From contig OX597823.1 in the NCBI GenBank assembly GCA_951406725.2, positions 3,162,001 through 3,226,000 of the forward strand: a stretch of DNA of 64,000 nucleotides, given 5' to 3'. Below the pieces are notes generated by a model. That model had not been told where the DNA came from. It saw only the letters and a program-made list of their open reading frames with translations, and searched no databases. The stretch comes from Octopus vulgaris. Lineage: Eukaryota. Below, in pieces: positions 53,294 to 64,000 of the stretch (position 1 is the stretch's first letter; every line of letters begins with the position of its first letter). Position numbers and translations under genes: made by a program.

Positions 53294-53923
53294 TGTGACT
53301 GAGAAGACTCAGCAACTAAAGTGAGATCACAGCCATGGCTGAAGCCAGTGTTGCATGTCTGGCCCATTTAAGAGTACACTTGATGCGTCAGGTGATATGA
53401 TATGCTTGAGAAGACCTGTTGAGTCAAGTAAAACCAAAATCATACCTGTGCTAGTGTCCTCTGACTGGCTCCTGTGCCTGTGGCACGTAAAATGTACCAT
53501 CCGAACGTGGTTGATGCCAGTGCCCCCTAACTGGCTCCTGTGCTGGTGGCACGTAAAAAGCACCATCCAAACATGGTCGATGCCAGGTCTACCTGACTGG
53601 CTCCTGTGCTGGTGAAATGTAAAAAATATCATCCAAATGTGGCTGATGCCTGTGCCCCCTGACTGGCTCCCGTGCAGGTGACACATAAAAAGCACTATCT
53701 GAATGTGATGGATGCCAGGGTCACCTGACTGGCTCTTGTGTCAGTGGCATGTAAAATGCACCCACTACACTCTCAGAGTGGTTGGCATTTAGGAAGGGCA
53801 TCTAGCTGTAGAAACATTGCCAGATCAGATTGGAGCCTGGTGAAGCCACTGGCTTTCCAGACACCAGTCAAACTGTCCAACCCATCCCCAGCATCAAAAA
53901 CAGACGTTAAACAATGATGATGA
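53291..53923 (+). mobile_element. RTE 3' end with about five 65-67-bp UTR units
   Basis: CTGGCTCCTGTGCTGGTGGCACGTAAAAAGCACCATCC units, then the RTE tail. Confidence 0.88.
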
Positions 53924-54096
53924 TATATATGCATATAGGTGCAGGTGTGACTGTGTGGTAAGAAGCTTGCTTACCAACCACATGGTTCCGGGTTCAGTCT
54001 CACTGCGTGGCACTTTGGGCAAGTGTCTTCTACTATAGCCCCAGGCGGACCAAAGCTTTGTGAGTGGATTTGGTAGACAGAAACTGAAAGGAGCTC

Positions 54097-54100
<4 letters not shown>

Positions 54101-54142
<42 letters not shown>

Positions 54143-54385
54143 AGAGTTTATGAAAAAAACAAAAGATAAAGACAGGTGGTGTACAAAACAAATAGATGTA
54201 TTAGTATAATGCTCAGGAATAGAAAAGTCTTTTACATTACGAGCCTACGCTCTTCTACAGAAAGGGACACAGAAAAAACAAGGAGAGAAAAAAATGTGTG
54301 TAGTGGCTAACAATCTATCATGGCGACTGATATATATATCAGTAGTAACCATACCACTATACTAGAAATAGACAGGATGTGTAGC
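54101..54385 (-). repeat. Left arm of an inverted duplication (PLE LTR fragment plus flank)
   Basis: Reverse complement of 55335-55614 with very few differences. Confidence 0.9.
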
Positions 54386-54639
54386 TTAAACTCATCTGTC
54401 ACAGTTGTACTTCTAACTGTACACATAGGAAGGACATCTGGTCATAGAAAACCTCCCTCAACAAATGCTGTCCGATCCATGCAAGCATGGGAAAATGGAT
54501 GCTAAACTTATGAAGATAGACATGCAAAGCAGTGAGGCTGAGGAGTGGTAATGGAGACAATCTCCCAGCACTGAGAAGTCCTTTTGAAATCGTATCTTTA
54601 GAACACAAACTGGTGATGTTTACCTTCATACAATATCAG

Positions 54640-55320
54640 ATGAGAATTCACTCAGTCTGTCCCGGTAGAGAGTGGAAACCATAGCAGATGTTGTGGTATG
54701 TGTGACACATGCAGAGGAGTAATTGCAATGCTTCATGGACAGTTTGACCATCAGTCTGAAGAGGATGGAAGTGTTGGGATGAGGTGCTGAGCGCCATTAG
54801 CATTAACTACAAGCTGGAGGTTGTCCATGCGCTCACTCGTCTCACTTCCCACAACCTTTCATTAGAGCCTGAAATCAACAGACATATCGAAGGAGTTGCC
54901 TCAAAATTCGCTGGGTCAAACAAAGTCTGGATGGACAGTGAACTAATTATGCACATCAAGGTTGCAGTCTTTAGCACATATACTGTTGAATGGCAGTGAA
55001 ACTTGGAGCATCTATTCTTGGACAAAAATGGCATCTCAGTGGCTCACACCCAAATAGCCAGCTTCTTCATCCTACTTCCAACAACAATTCCTCCATTGGC
55101 TGGGTCTGGCATGCCAGATGGCAGAATCCTGAAAGAACTACTCATTGGGGAATTGGCCTCTAGTAAAGAGAACACAAGCATGTCTTCATCTTCATTTCAA
55201 AGCTGTGTACAAGTGAGAGAGCAATGCTGGTGAATGCTAATGAAGCTGACTGGCAGACAGTCTTCAAATAGCATAACCTCAGCCAAGCCTGTCACTTGTA
55301 TGTGACTGTCTGTAGTCAGG
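54640..55320 (+). pseudogene. Highly degenerate RTE/BovB-like ORF remnant
   Basis: Fragments LTISLKRMEVL, KLEVVH, EINRHI, MPDGRILKELLIGEL. Confidence 0.6.
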
Positions 55321-55334
55321 GTGAACACTGATGT

Positions 55335-55614
55335 GCTACCAACAAGACATCCTGTCTATTTCTAGTATAGTGGTATGGTTACTACTGTACTTTATATATA
55401 TATATATATATCAGTCGCCATGATAGATTGTTAGCCACTACACACATTTTTTTCTCTCCTTGTTTTTTCTGTGTCCCTTTCTGTAGAAGAGCGTAGGCTC
55501 GAAATGTAAAAGACTTTTCTATTCCTGAGCATTATACTAATACATCTATTTGTTTTGTACACCACCTGTCTTTATCTTTTGTTTTTTTCGTAAACTCTCC
55601 CTATATATATATAT
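55335..55614 (+). repeat. Right arm of the inverted duplication (PLE LTR fragment with hammerhead-like motif)
   Basis: CCCTTT-CTGTAGAA-GAGCGTAGGCTC-GAAATGTA-AAAGAC at 55475-55514. Confidence 0.9.
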
Positions 55615-57367
55615 CATCATCATCATCATCATCATCGTTTAACGTCCGCTTTCCATGCTAGCATGGGTTGGACGGTTCAACTGGGGTCTGGGAAGCCCGA
55701 AGGCTGCACCAGACCAGTCAGATGTGGCAGTGTTTCTACAGCTGGATGCCCTTCCTAACGCCAACCACTCCGAGAGTGTAGTGGGTGATTTTATGTGCCA
55801 CCGACACAGGTGCCAGACGAGGCTGGCAGACGGCCACGCTCGGATGGTGTTTTTTATGTGCCACCGACACAGGTGCCAGACGAGGCTGGCAGACGGCCAC
55901 GCTCGGATGGTGTTTTTTATGTGCTACCGACACAGGTGCCAGACGAGGCTGGCAGACGGCCACGCTCGGATGGTGTTTTCTTATGTGTCACCGACACAGG
56001 TGCCAGACGAGGCTGGCGGACGGCCACGCTCGGATGGTGTTTGTTACGTGCCCTCAGCACGGAGGCCAGTCATTGCGGTACTGGCTACGGTCACGTTCGG
56101 ATGGTTTTCTTATGTGCCACCGGCACTGGTACCACAAGGATACAAATTCCATTGATGTTCATCTATTTTGATTTGGTTCGATTTGATTCGATACGATTCT
56201 CACTTGCCTCAACAGGTCTTCACAAGTGTCACAAGAAGGAAGGTATGCACAGGTGGACTGACTACGTCCCAGGTAGGGGCCACGGATTATGGCTTCACTA
56301 GTCTTGCCGGGTCTTCTCACGCACAGCATACTTCCATAGGTCTCGGTCTCTAGTCATTTCCATGGTGAGACCTAACGTCCGAAGGTCGTGCTTCACCACC
56401 TCGTCCCAGGTTTTCCTGGGTCTACCTCTTCCACGGGTTCCCTCAACTGCTAGGGATTGGCACTTTCTCACACACCTATCTTCATCCATTCTCGCCACAT
56501 GACCATACCAGCGCAATCGTCTCTCTTGCACACAACAACTGATGCTTCTTAGGTACAACATTTCTCTCAAGGTACTAACGCTCTGTCGAGTAAGTACACT
56601 GACATTACACATCCATCGGAGCATACTGGCTTCGTTCCTCACGAGCTTACGCATGTCCTCAGCAGTCACGGCCCATGTTTCACTGCCATGTAGCATAGCT
56701 GTTCGTACACATGCATCATACAGTCTGCCTTTTACTTTGAGCGAGAGGCCTTTAGTCACCAGCAGAGGTAAGAGCTCCCTAAACTTTGCCCAGGCTATTC
56801 TTATTCTAGCAGTTACACTTTCAGCGCACCCACCCCCACTACTGACTTGGTCACCTAGATAGCGGAAGCTATCAACTACTTCTAGTTTTTCCCCCGGAAA
56901 GTGACAGAAGTTGTTTTCTGCAGATTTTCGGAGGTCAATGCTCCAGAGCACCTGCCACATACAAAAACTATCTTCCCAGTTAGCCTACCTTTGACATTGC
57001 TGCACCTCTTATGTGTCCATAGCTTACACTGGGTACATCTTATAGAGTTTCTACCTACACCTTTTCTACAGATCGAGCAGGGCCATCTTCCTGAGGATAT
57101 TTGTGGGTTTTCTACCTTTCTACTTATTAGTACTTTGGTTTTAGCTAGGTTGACTCTAAGGCCCCTCGATTCTAAACCCTCCTTCCACACCTGGAACTTC
57201 TCCTCCAGTTCTGATAGTGACTCAGCGATTAGAGCGAGGTCGTCAGCATAGAGGAGCTCCCAGGGGCAACCTGTCTTGAATTCCTCCGTTATTGCCTGGA
57301 GGACTATGATAAATAGGAGGGGGCTGAGTACTGAACCCTGGTGGACCCCAACCTCTACTTTGAATTC
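55615..57367 (-). mobile_element. 5'-truncated RTE LINE with PHD-in-RT and four 63-bp UTR units
   Basis: GVHQGSVLSP, LLYADD, finger at 56948-57079, frameshift near 56895, RRLRWYGHV, RGRPRKTW; (CAT)n tail at about 55615. Confidence 0.93.
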
Positions 57368-57701
57368 TTATATATATATAAAACGAGCTTCTTTCAGTTT
57401 CTGTCTACCAAATCCACTCACAAGGCTTTGGTCCACCCGAGGCTATAGTAGAAGACACTTGCCCGAAGTGCCACACAGTGGGACTGAACCTGGAACCATG
57501 TAGTTAGAAAGCAAGCTTCTTACCACACAGTCACACCTGCAAGAGTTTCCTGGTGAAGATCCAAGGTGTTGCAAGTTAATGGATGCCTCCAAGATATATC
57601 ATTGTCATCATTTTAACATCCAATTTTCCATGCTTGCATGGGTTGGACAGAATTTGTTGAGGTGTTTTTCTATGGCTTGATGTCCTTTCTATATATATAT
57701 A

Positions 57702-58160
57702 TATACGAGCAAAATGCCCTCCGTCTAATGGACAGTGCTAAGTTGTCAAACATTTAAACCAAATTTTCTCAAAACAACTTGTCCAACTGTCCCATAGGCC
57801 TCCCCTTTGAGAAACACTGATTTAACCTAAATTTGAGACACCAGCAAAAGAAGAAATAACGATAGACTTTTTTTCTATTCTAAAGAAAAATGATTTTATT
57901 CACACAAATATGCAACCGAAGAGTTTAAAGTACCAGTAAGTACATCGCAACAGCTGATGTACTTGCGCGTACAAAGGCACGTTCCCACGGCTTTATCGAT
58001 CGCATTCTCACCTGGAATCGATTTTTGTAATTTTTTCAAGACTTATACACGCCCTGATACCGTCAGTATCTACATATCAAATTTGAGCACAATTGGATGG
58101 AGGATGCCCAAGATCCTAGAAGACACACAGACAGACAGAATGGATTTTATATAATATATA
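57702..58160 (+). mobile_element. Possible non-autonomous Helitron/Helentron-like element
   Basis: Degenerate 5' hairpin, 3' CACACAGACAGACAG...TTTTATATA end, inserted in TA; resemblance only. Confidence 0.35.
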
Positions 58161-58194
58161 TACATGTGTGTGTGTATATATATATATATATATA

Positions 58195-58620
58195 ATCATC
58201 ATTGTTGTCGTTTAATGTCTGCTTTCCATGCTGGCATGGGTTGGATGGTTTGACTGAAGGCTGACAAGCCAGAAGGCTGCACCAGGCTCCAATCTGACCT
58301 CTAACGCCAACCACTCTGAGAATGTATTGAGTGCTTTTATGTGCCACTGGCACAAGAGCCAGTCAGGCCATACTGGCAACAGCCACACTCAAAAGGTGTT
58401 TTTTACATGCCACCTGCATGGGAGCCAGTCCGGTGGCACTGGCAACGACCACACTTGAATGTTGTTTCTCATATGCCAGTAAGGCAACACTGGCAATGAT
58501 CACGCTCGAATGGTGCTTTTTATGTACCACCAGTACAGGATCCAGTTAGAGGCCCTGGCAGCGATCATGCTCGGATGGTGCTTTTAACGTTACACTGGCA
58601 CGAGTGCCAATCAGGGGGTA
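58195..58620 (-). mobile_element. Degenerate RTE 3' UTR
   Basis: CCATGCTGGCATGGGTTGGA tail plus diverged hairpin units. Confidence 0.75.
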
Positions 58621-60799
58621 CTGTCATTGGTCCATCATCATCATTTAACGTCTGTTTTCCATGCTGGCATAGGTTGGATGGTTTAACAGGAGCTGACCAG
58701 CAGCAGAGCTGCACCAAGCTCCATTTGTGTTTTGGTGTGGTTTCTGTGGCTGGATGCCCTTCCCAATGTCGACCATTTTACAGAGTGTGGACCAGGTGCT
58801 TTCTATGTGGCACCAGCACATGTATATATTGTATGTGTGCAGCTGTGTGGTTATGAAGTGCCCTTCACAACCTCATGATTTTGAGTTGGATTTCACTATA
58901 TGCTACTAATAGTGATACACTGAACTGACATTTACACACGCATACGCACATGGCTTCTTTGAGTTTCCATCTATCATATCCATTCAGAAGGTTCTGGTCA
59001 GCAAGGAACTGTAATAAAAGATGCTGATAGGTACCTTCTTCTGCACCCCTGAGCTATTCAGTGGGACTGAACCTAAAACCACATGGTTGGCAAGCAAGCT
59101 TCTTAACCACACAACTTGATCCAAGTCCTGTATTTATATTTTTTCTATTGCTTCTTCCCTTCACTTGTGATTCTTATTCTTCATCTGGCCTGGCAAAAAT
59201 GACAATGTTTGCATGGCTGTGGAAATACAATGTGCCAGTACCTTGATCCAGAGTATTTGGTTGTTAGACCTGTCCTTGTTTATTCAGCCAGCCGTATCAA
59301 CTGTGGGTCAATGTACTGTTTTATTTTCTGTGTTTCTAAAGTACAAATGAGCTGGTGGTTATTTTCTATTATTTTAAATAGATGAGGAAAGAGTGTCTTC
59401 CTGGATAGGACACCAGTCTGTTAAAAGTAAGTTTACCATTGAGGAGAATATAATCTAGCACTGCATGTGAAATAACAGCAGTGTAGCCATTGCTTACAGA
59501 GGGGAACAAACAATAGCATTCTGTGGTGGTAACTCACTTCACATTTAATGGACTCTTGACAGTAATTGTTTATTAGCGTCCACTTTTCCATACATCCTCT
59601 TGGAACATGATATAGAATGATGATCTCTTGGCTGGTTATCCATCATCATCATTTTAGCATTCGCTTTTCAATGCAGGCATGGAATATATGAAGGTTATTG
59701 GTTTTTCTTTTACATCACCAACCCTCACCTGTTTCCAAGTAAGGTAATATTTCCCCCATGACCAGACATCTTCTTGTACAATATCGGAAATGAATAACAC
59801 AGTGTATATGACAATGACACTCATTTATATCATGTGATGTCAAGACGAGGAATAAATACACCACACAACAAGCTTCTTTCAGTTTCCATCTATCAAGTTC
59901 ACTCACAAGTCTTTGGTCGACCAGGAACTATTGTAGAAGACACTTGTCTAAAGTGTCACACAGCGGGACTGGACCCGGAACTGTGTGGCTGGGAAGCAAA
60001 CCACTTAGATCTCAGCCAAAGCCAATGCCTTAGTCCTTTATTCAAGACACCTGTGCTTGCTTAGATTTTCATATAAGTTTGTATGAGGGAATTTTCTAAA
60101 AACTTTATTTATCCTAAAAAAGAAGAAAGTACATTTGTTTTCTCATGTTTGTAAAATGAGCTTGGTTTGTAAGGCTTTAAGTAGGACAGGGGACATGTGT
60201 AAGGTCTAGGTACGAAGAGGAAGTTTGTAAGGACTAGGTAGGGGTTGAGGGTAAGAGGTTAGTCAGGTGATGAGAAGCTATGGCCAAGGGTTGACAAGTG
60301 CAGAAAACTGATATTGTTTGCTAAATAAAAGATAATGTGTTTGAGTGATTATGTATTTTGGTGTAATTGTGGAGCAGTGAAAGAAAAGTGCACTGCGGAA
60401 CTCCTCCTTGCTGTCCATGTGTAATTAACTGCTACTTCAACGCTGAACCTGCTAACTGTTGTAAGATATTTTTGATGAATATTTGCAATTAGAAAACAAA
60501 AGGACAAATAGTAGTCTGTTTCTTTTAATAGATTATCATTCATGAAGATGTCATGCACTGTGTGTGTGTGTGTGTGTGGAGAGAGATGAAAATAGAAAGA
60601 AAGTCAATGAAGAGACGTATAAACTAGATACAATATTGGTGGAAATATGAATTTTTTATTAAATTTTTAGTAGAAGCAGTTGGGTTTTTCGTTTGTTTAT
60701 TTTCCCCTAAATCAGCGGAGGAGCATTGCTTATAAACTTTTCAAACTCACTCAGATTGAAATAGCAAACCTTCACACAAACACATGAGCTCTACTTTAA

Positions 60800-60999
60800 C
60801 CCCTTAGCATTTAAACCAGGCCATGTCAGGCTCAAATGTTTTACCCGATTCAGCCTCTCACCCCTGCCTTACAATGTTATTCTTAAAATAAGCTCTCACG
60901 TCATCAAAATCTTGAAGCTACAAGATAATACAGGATTTATTCTAAACAATGTGAATCCATATGCTTCACATTTGACAGAGCAATCTGAATGCTAAATCG
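60800..60999. mobile_element. TTAA-flanked MITE, same family as 20713-21490
   Basis: TTAA|CCCCTTAGCATTTAAACC ... AATCTGAATGCTAAATCG|TTAA. Confidence 0.7.
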
Positions 61000-61401
61000 T
61001 TAAACTAAGGTCTTTCAGTGTGTTTAGAGGTTAAATGTTGGCATTAAGAGAGTTCCAGGTAAATGTTGTTGAGAAAAGAGTGGATAAAGTGTTGCTATGG
61101 AAGTGTAAAAAGTATTTGGGGATGATGAGGGTAAGGTAGAGATTGGTCTGTTGGTTATGTTGTGGTTATGAGTGGTATAAAGTGTGTTTGTAGTGAGGAA
61201 GAGCAGAAGCCTCAACAAGTTGGTGCTTACGCTTCTGTACTTGACGTGTAACTGTGTCATTAAGTCATTTGCTTCCCAAACTCATGGTTATCTGTTCAGT
61301 CTCATTCTGTGGCACCTTGGACAAGTATCTTCTATTGTATGCCTCAGGTTAACCAAAGCCTTGTCAGTGGATTTCGTTGATGGAAACTGAAAGAAACTTA
61401 T

Positions 61402-61445
<44 letters not shown>

Positions 61446-61446
<1 letters not shown>

Positions 61447-63392
61447 TGGGTCATCCCATTAATAATGTAGTTTTTTAATACCTTTATTTTCAAGAATTAA
61501 GATAAACAAAGTTCTTTTTTAATCTAAAACATACTCCCCTTCATTTTCTACAATGCTCTTCCATCTATCTGGTAGACTTGCAAGGCACCTCTTCCAAATT
61601 TCATTTGTCCATGACGAACAATACTTCTTCGGCACTGTTCTGACTTCATCTACAGAATTCATATTTCTTCCGTCCAAATAATTTTGAAGACTGCGGAATA
61701 AATGCTGTTGACATCGTTTTATTGGACTTTGCCAAAGTTTTTGACTCGGTTAACCACTGCCTATTACTTGTCAAGCTTCAAGCATATCGTTTCCATCCGG
61801 ATATTGTATGATGGGTTGGTGCCTTCCTCTCAGATCGCTCCTTCCAAGTCCAAGTTAATGGTTCGCTGTCCTATGTCTCCAGTGCGAGCAGTGGCGTGCC
61901 TCAAGGTTCAGTGCTTGGGCCGTTATTGTTTTTAGTCCTCATCAGTGACTTGCCTGACGACCTCACGCAACACACCCTTCTATTTGCCGACGATGTCAAA
62001 CTGGTCGCTCCTTGCAGTGATATAGATGATCTTCGTCGATGCCTCCACCAAGTTTGGAGATGGTCAAATGAATGGGACCTGTGTCTGAACGTGTCAAAGT
62101 GCTGTCATCTGCCTGTTGGCTCCTCTCCTGCAACTCAACTTGATTTCGAGCCGGGTCGTCTGCTGCTGGAGAAGACCGACCAAGTAAAGGACCAGGGTAT
62201 CTTGGTGGATTCTTCCTTTTCGCCTTCGGCTCAGTGCGTCTGTGCTGCCAACAAAGCACACGGAGTTCTGTTTTTGATTCGACGGTCATTCGGAAAGTTC
62301 ACAGCAGCCATATTTCTACCGCTCTATGTCACACTGGTGAGACCCATATTGGAGTACTGGATTCAAGCCTCTTCTCCTTATCTCCTCAAAGACATACATC
62401 ATCTCGAAAGAGTCCAGAAGCTGGCTACCTGCATGGTTCTTGGTCTTAAGCATTTGTCTTATGAAGAAAGGCTGAAGACGCTCGACCTTTATTCTCTAGA
62501 AAAACGCCGCCGCCGTGGTGATCTCATTCTCGCTCATCATAAGCAGAAAGTGTAACCTCTCGAAAGAACTGTTGTTCACTCCTGCTCCAGAGCGTGGGCT
62601 GCGGGGTCACTCCGAAAAGCTCTATCTACGATGATTTCATCTCAATAGAAGGAGAAGGGCTTTCTCCACCCGGGTTGCGGATCCGTGGAATAAGCTGCCG
62701 GACGAGATTGTGAAGATGCCGACGACCGTTCGGTTCAAAGTCTCTCTTGACCAGAAATGGCCTGAACTCTTTGTATAACCACCCTCCCTGTACATTACTC
62801 CCTGTCCCCCTACATGGCCTTGCTTTTGCTTTTTGAGCCAATGAAAATTGAATTGAATTGAATTGAAAAATGATAATCAGATGAGGCAATATCTAGTGTA
62901 TATGGTGGGTCGGGCATCGTTTCCAAATCAAACTGCTCCAAGCTTTGGAATATCATCCTCGCTGTCTGTGGCCAAGCGTTATCCTCATGGAAGAACACCT
63001 TTCGTCTTGAAACCAATGATGGTCGTTTTTCTTCTAGTGCTGTCTTAAGCCACTCAAGCTGCTTACAGATGATCTCTTTTGTTATCGTTTGGTTTGGGTT
63101 TAAAAGTTTGAAGTGAACTTTCATATCCCATCAAACAGATAACACCACCTTATGTGGGTGAAAACCTTCTTTAGTCTGGGGTGCAAAATATGCCGAAAAT
63201 GTTCCTTTGTCACTTCCATTATAGCTTTGAGAAAGTAACTGTTAAAATCGAACTACACTCTTCAAAACTTGCACCAAAAATATGAGTAACTTCCTACTTT
63301 TAGAGCAAGTTGATAGAGGTAGTTTATCCCGTCCCCATCCGACTTCTAGTTTAGGCAGTAGAAAAAACTGCATTATTTATGGGAGGACCCAT
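61446..63392 (-). mobile_element. Internally deleted mariner (DD34D) relic, interrupted by a CR1
   Basis: TIRs TTGGGTCATCCCATTAATAATGTAGTTTTT / AAAAACTGCATTATTTATGGGAGGACCCAT with TA flanks. Transposase pieces: MEVTKEHFRHIL (about 63220), HEDNAWP..PPYTLDIASSDYH (62870-63124), then LFRSLQNYL...LPDRWKSIVENEGEY (61519-61704). Confidence 0.9.
61705..62867 (+). mobile_element. 5'-truncated CR1 LINE with (AATTG)n tail
   Basis: LDFAKVFDSVNH, GVPQGSVLGPLLF, FADDVKL, LEKRRRRGDLI; short AAATG duplication at 61700-61704 and 62868-62872. Confidence 0.9.
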
Positions 63393-63409
63393 TATATTGG
63401 CTACAAATA

Positions 63410-64000
63410 AACCTCTATATTATTTGGCTTTTGTTGATGGGCTCTCCACTCCCTTATCAGTGAGCTATGTGGAAGCTAGGGATAGATAAGTAGTTGGTGA
63501 GAGCTGTACAAGCCATGTACATGGATGTTGGCAGTAAAGTGAAGGCTAGCAATGAGTATAGCAAGGAACTTAGTTTACAGGTAGGAATTCACCAGGGATC
63601 AGTTCTTGTCCCCCACTTGTTTATCATAGTCCTCCTGGCCATAACAGGGTAATTTAAGACAGGTAACCTTGGGAGCTCCTTTACACTGAAGACCTTGTTC
63701 TTATTGCTGAATCATTACCAGGACTAGAGAAGAAATTTCAAGTGTGGTAGTAGGGTCTGGAATCAAAGGATTAATTTAGCAAAGACCAAAGTTCTAGTAA
63801 GTAGGAAAACAGACAGGTCACTGGTCCCTTCAGGGATATGGCCCTGCTCAACATGTAGGAAAGGTATGGTAGAGACTCCATCTCCATACGATGTACCCAA
63901 TGCAAACTATGGACACAAAAGAGGTGCAGTAGTATCACAAAAAGGGATAACAGAGAAAGTTGTCTTTATATGTGGTAGATGTGCAGGTATATTAAACAGT
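63410..64000 (+). pseudogene. Degenerate RTE RT fragment with PHD finger, running off the window
   Basis: GIHQGSVL, NLAKTKVLV, WPCSTCRKG, CTQCKLWT, CGRC. Confidence 0.85.

Noticed and set aside
55791-56050. CRISPR-like repeat/spacer appearance of the RTE UTR arrays and the 31-bp array
   Set aside because: Eukaryotic context, no cas genes, and the apparent spacers are homologous to each other; these are tandem repeats within transposons.

Overview
AT-rich, repeat-dense animal genomic DNA. The SINE/RTE repertoire suggests an octopod cephalopod (inference from pattern recognition, not a database match). The first 8.5 kb holds three intronless core histone genes: H4 (+), and a divergent H2B (-)/H2A (+) pair. 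H4 and H2B have canonical 3' stem-loops, H2A has a degenerate one, and neither H3 nor H1 is in the window. A housekeeping-type promoter and a probable signal-peptide first exon lie at about 26.5 kb, so most of the remainder is probably intron. Almost everything else is transposon-derived: four tRNA-SINE families, many RTE LINE copies, an intact CR1-group LINE inside kilobase (TA)n arrays, Penelope-like (GIY-YIG) remnants, an R4/Dong 3' end in (TAA)n, an ORF1-only retroelement, several MITEs, and a mariner relic interrupted by a CR1. The most unusual signals are: (1) a PHD finger inserted inside the RT domain of the RTE family; (2) a recurrent non-canonical hammerhead-ribozyme-like motif (CUGUNGAA core) in the Penelope-like LTRs; (3) a variable array of double-hairpin units in the RTE 3' UTR; (4) a TSD-bounded ORF1-only element; (5) an intact LINE sharing its 3' tail with the commonest SINE. 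None of these can be confirmed as novel without database searches. Coordinates of degenerate repeats are approximate.
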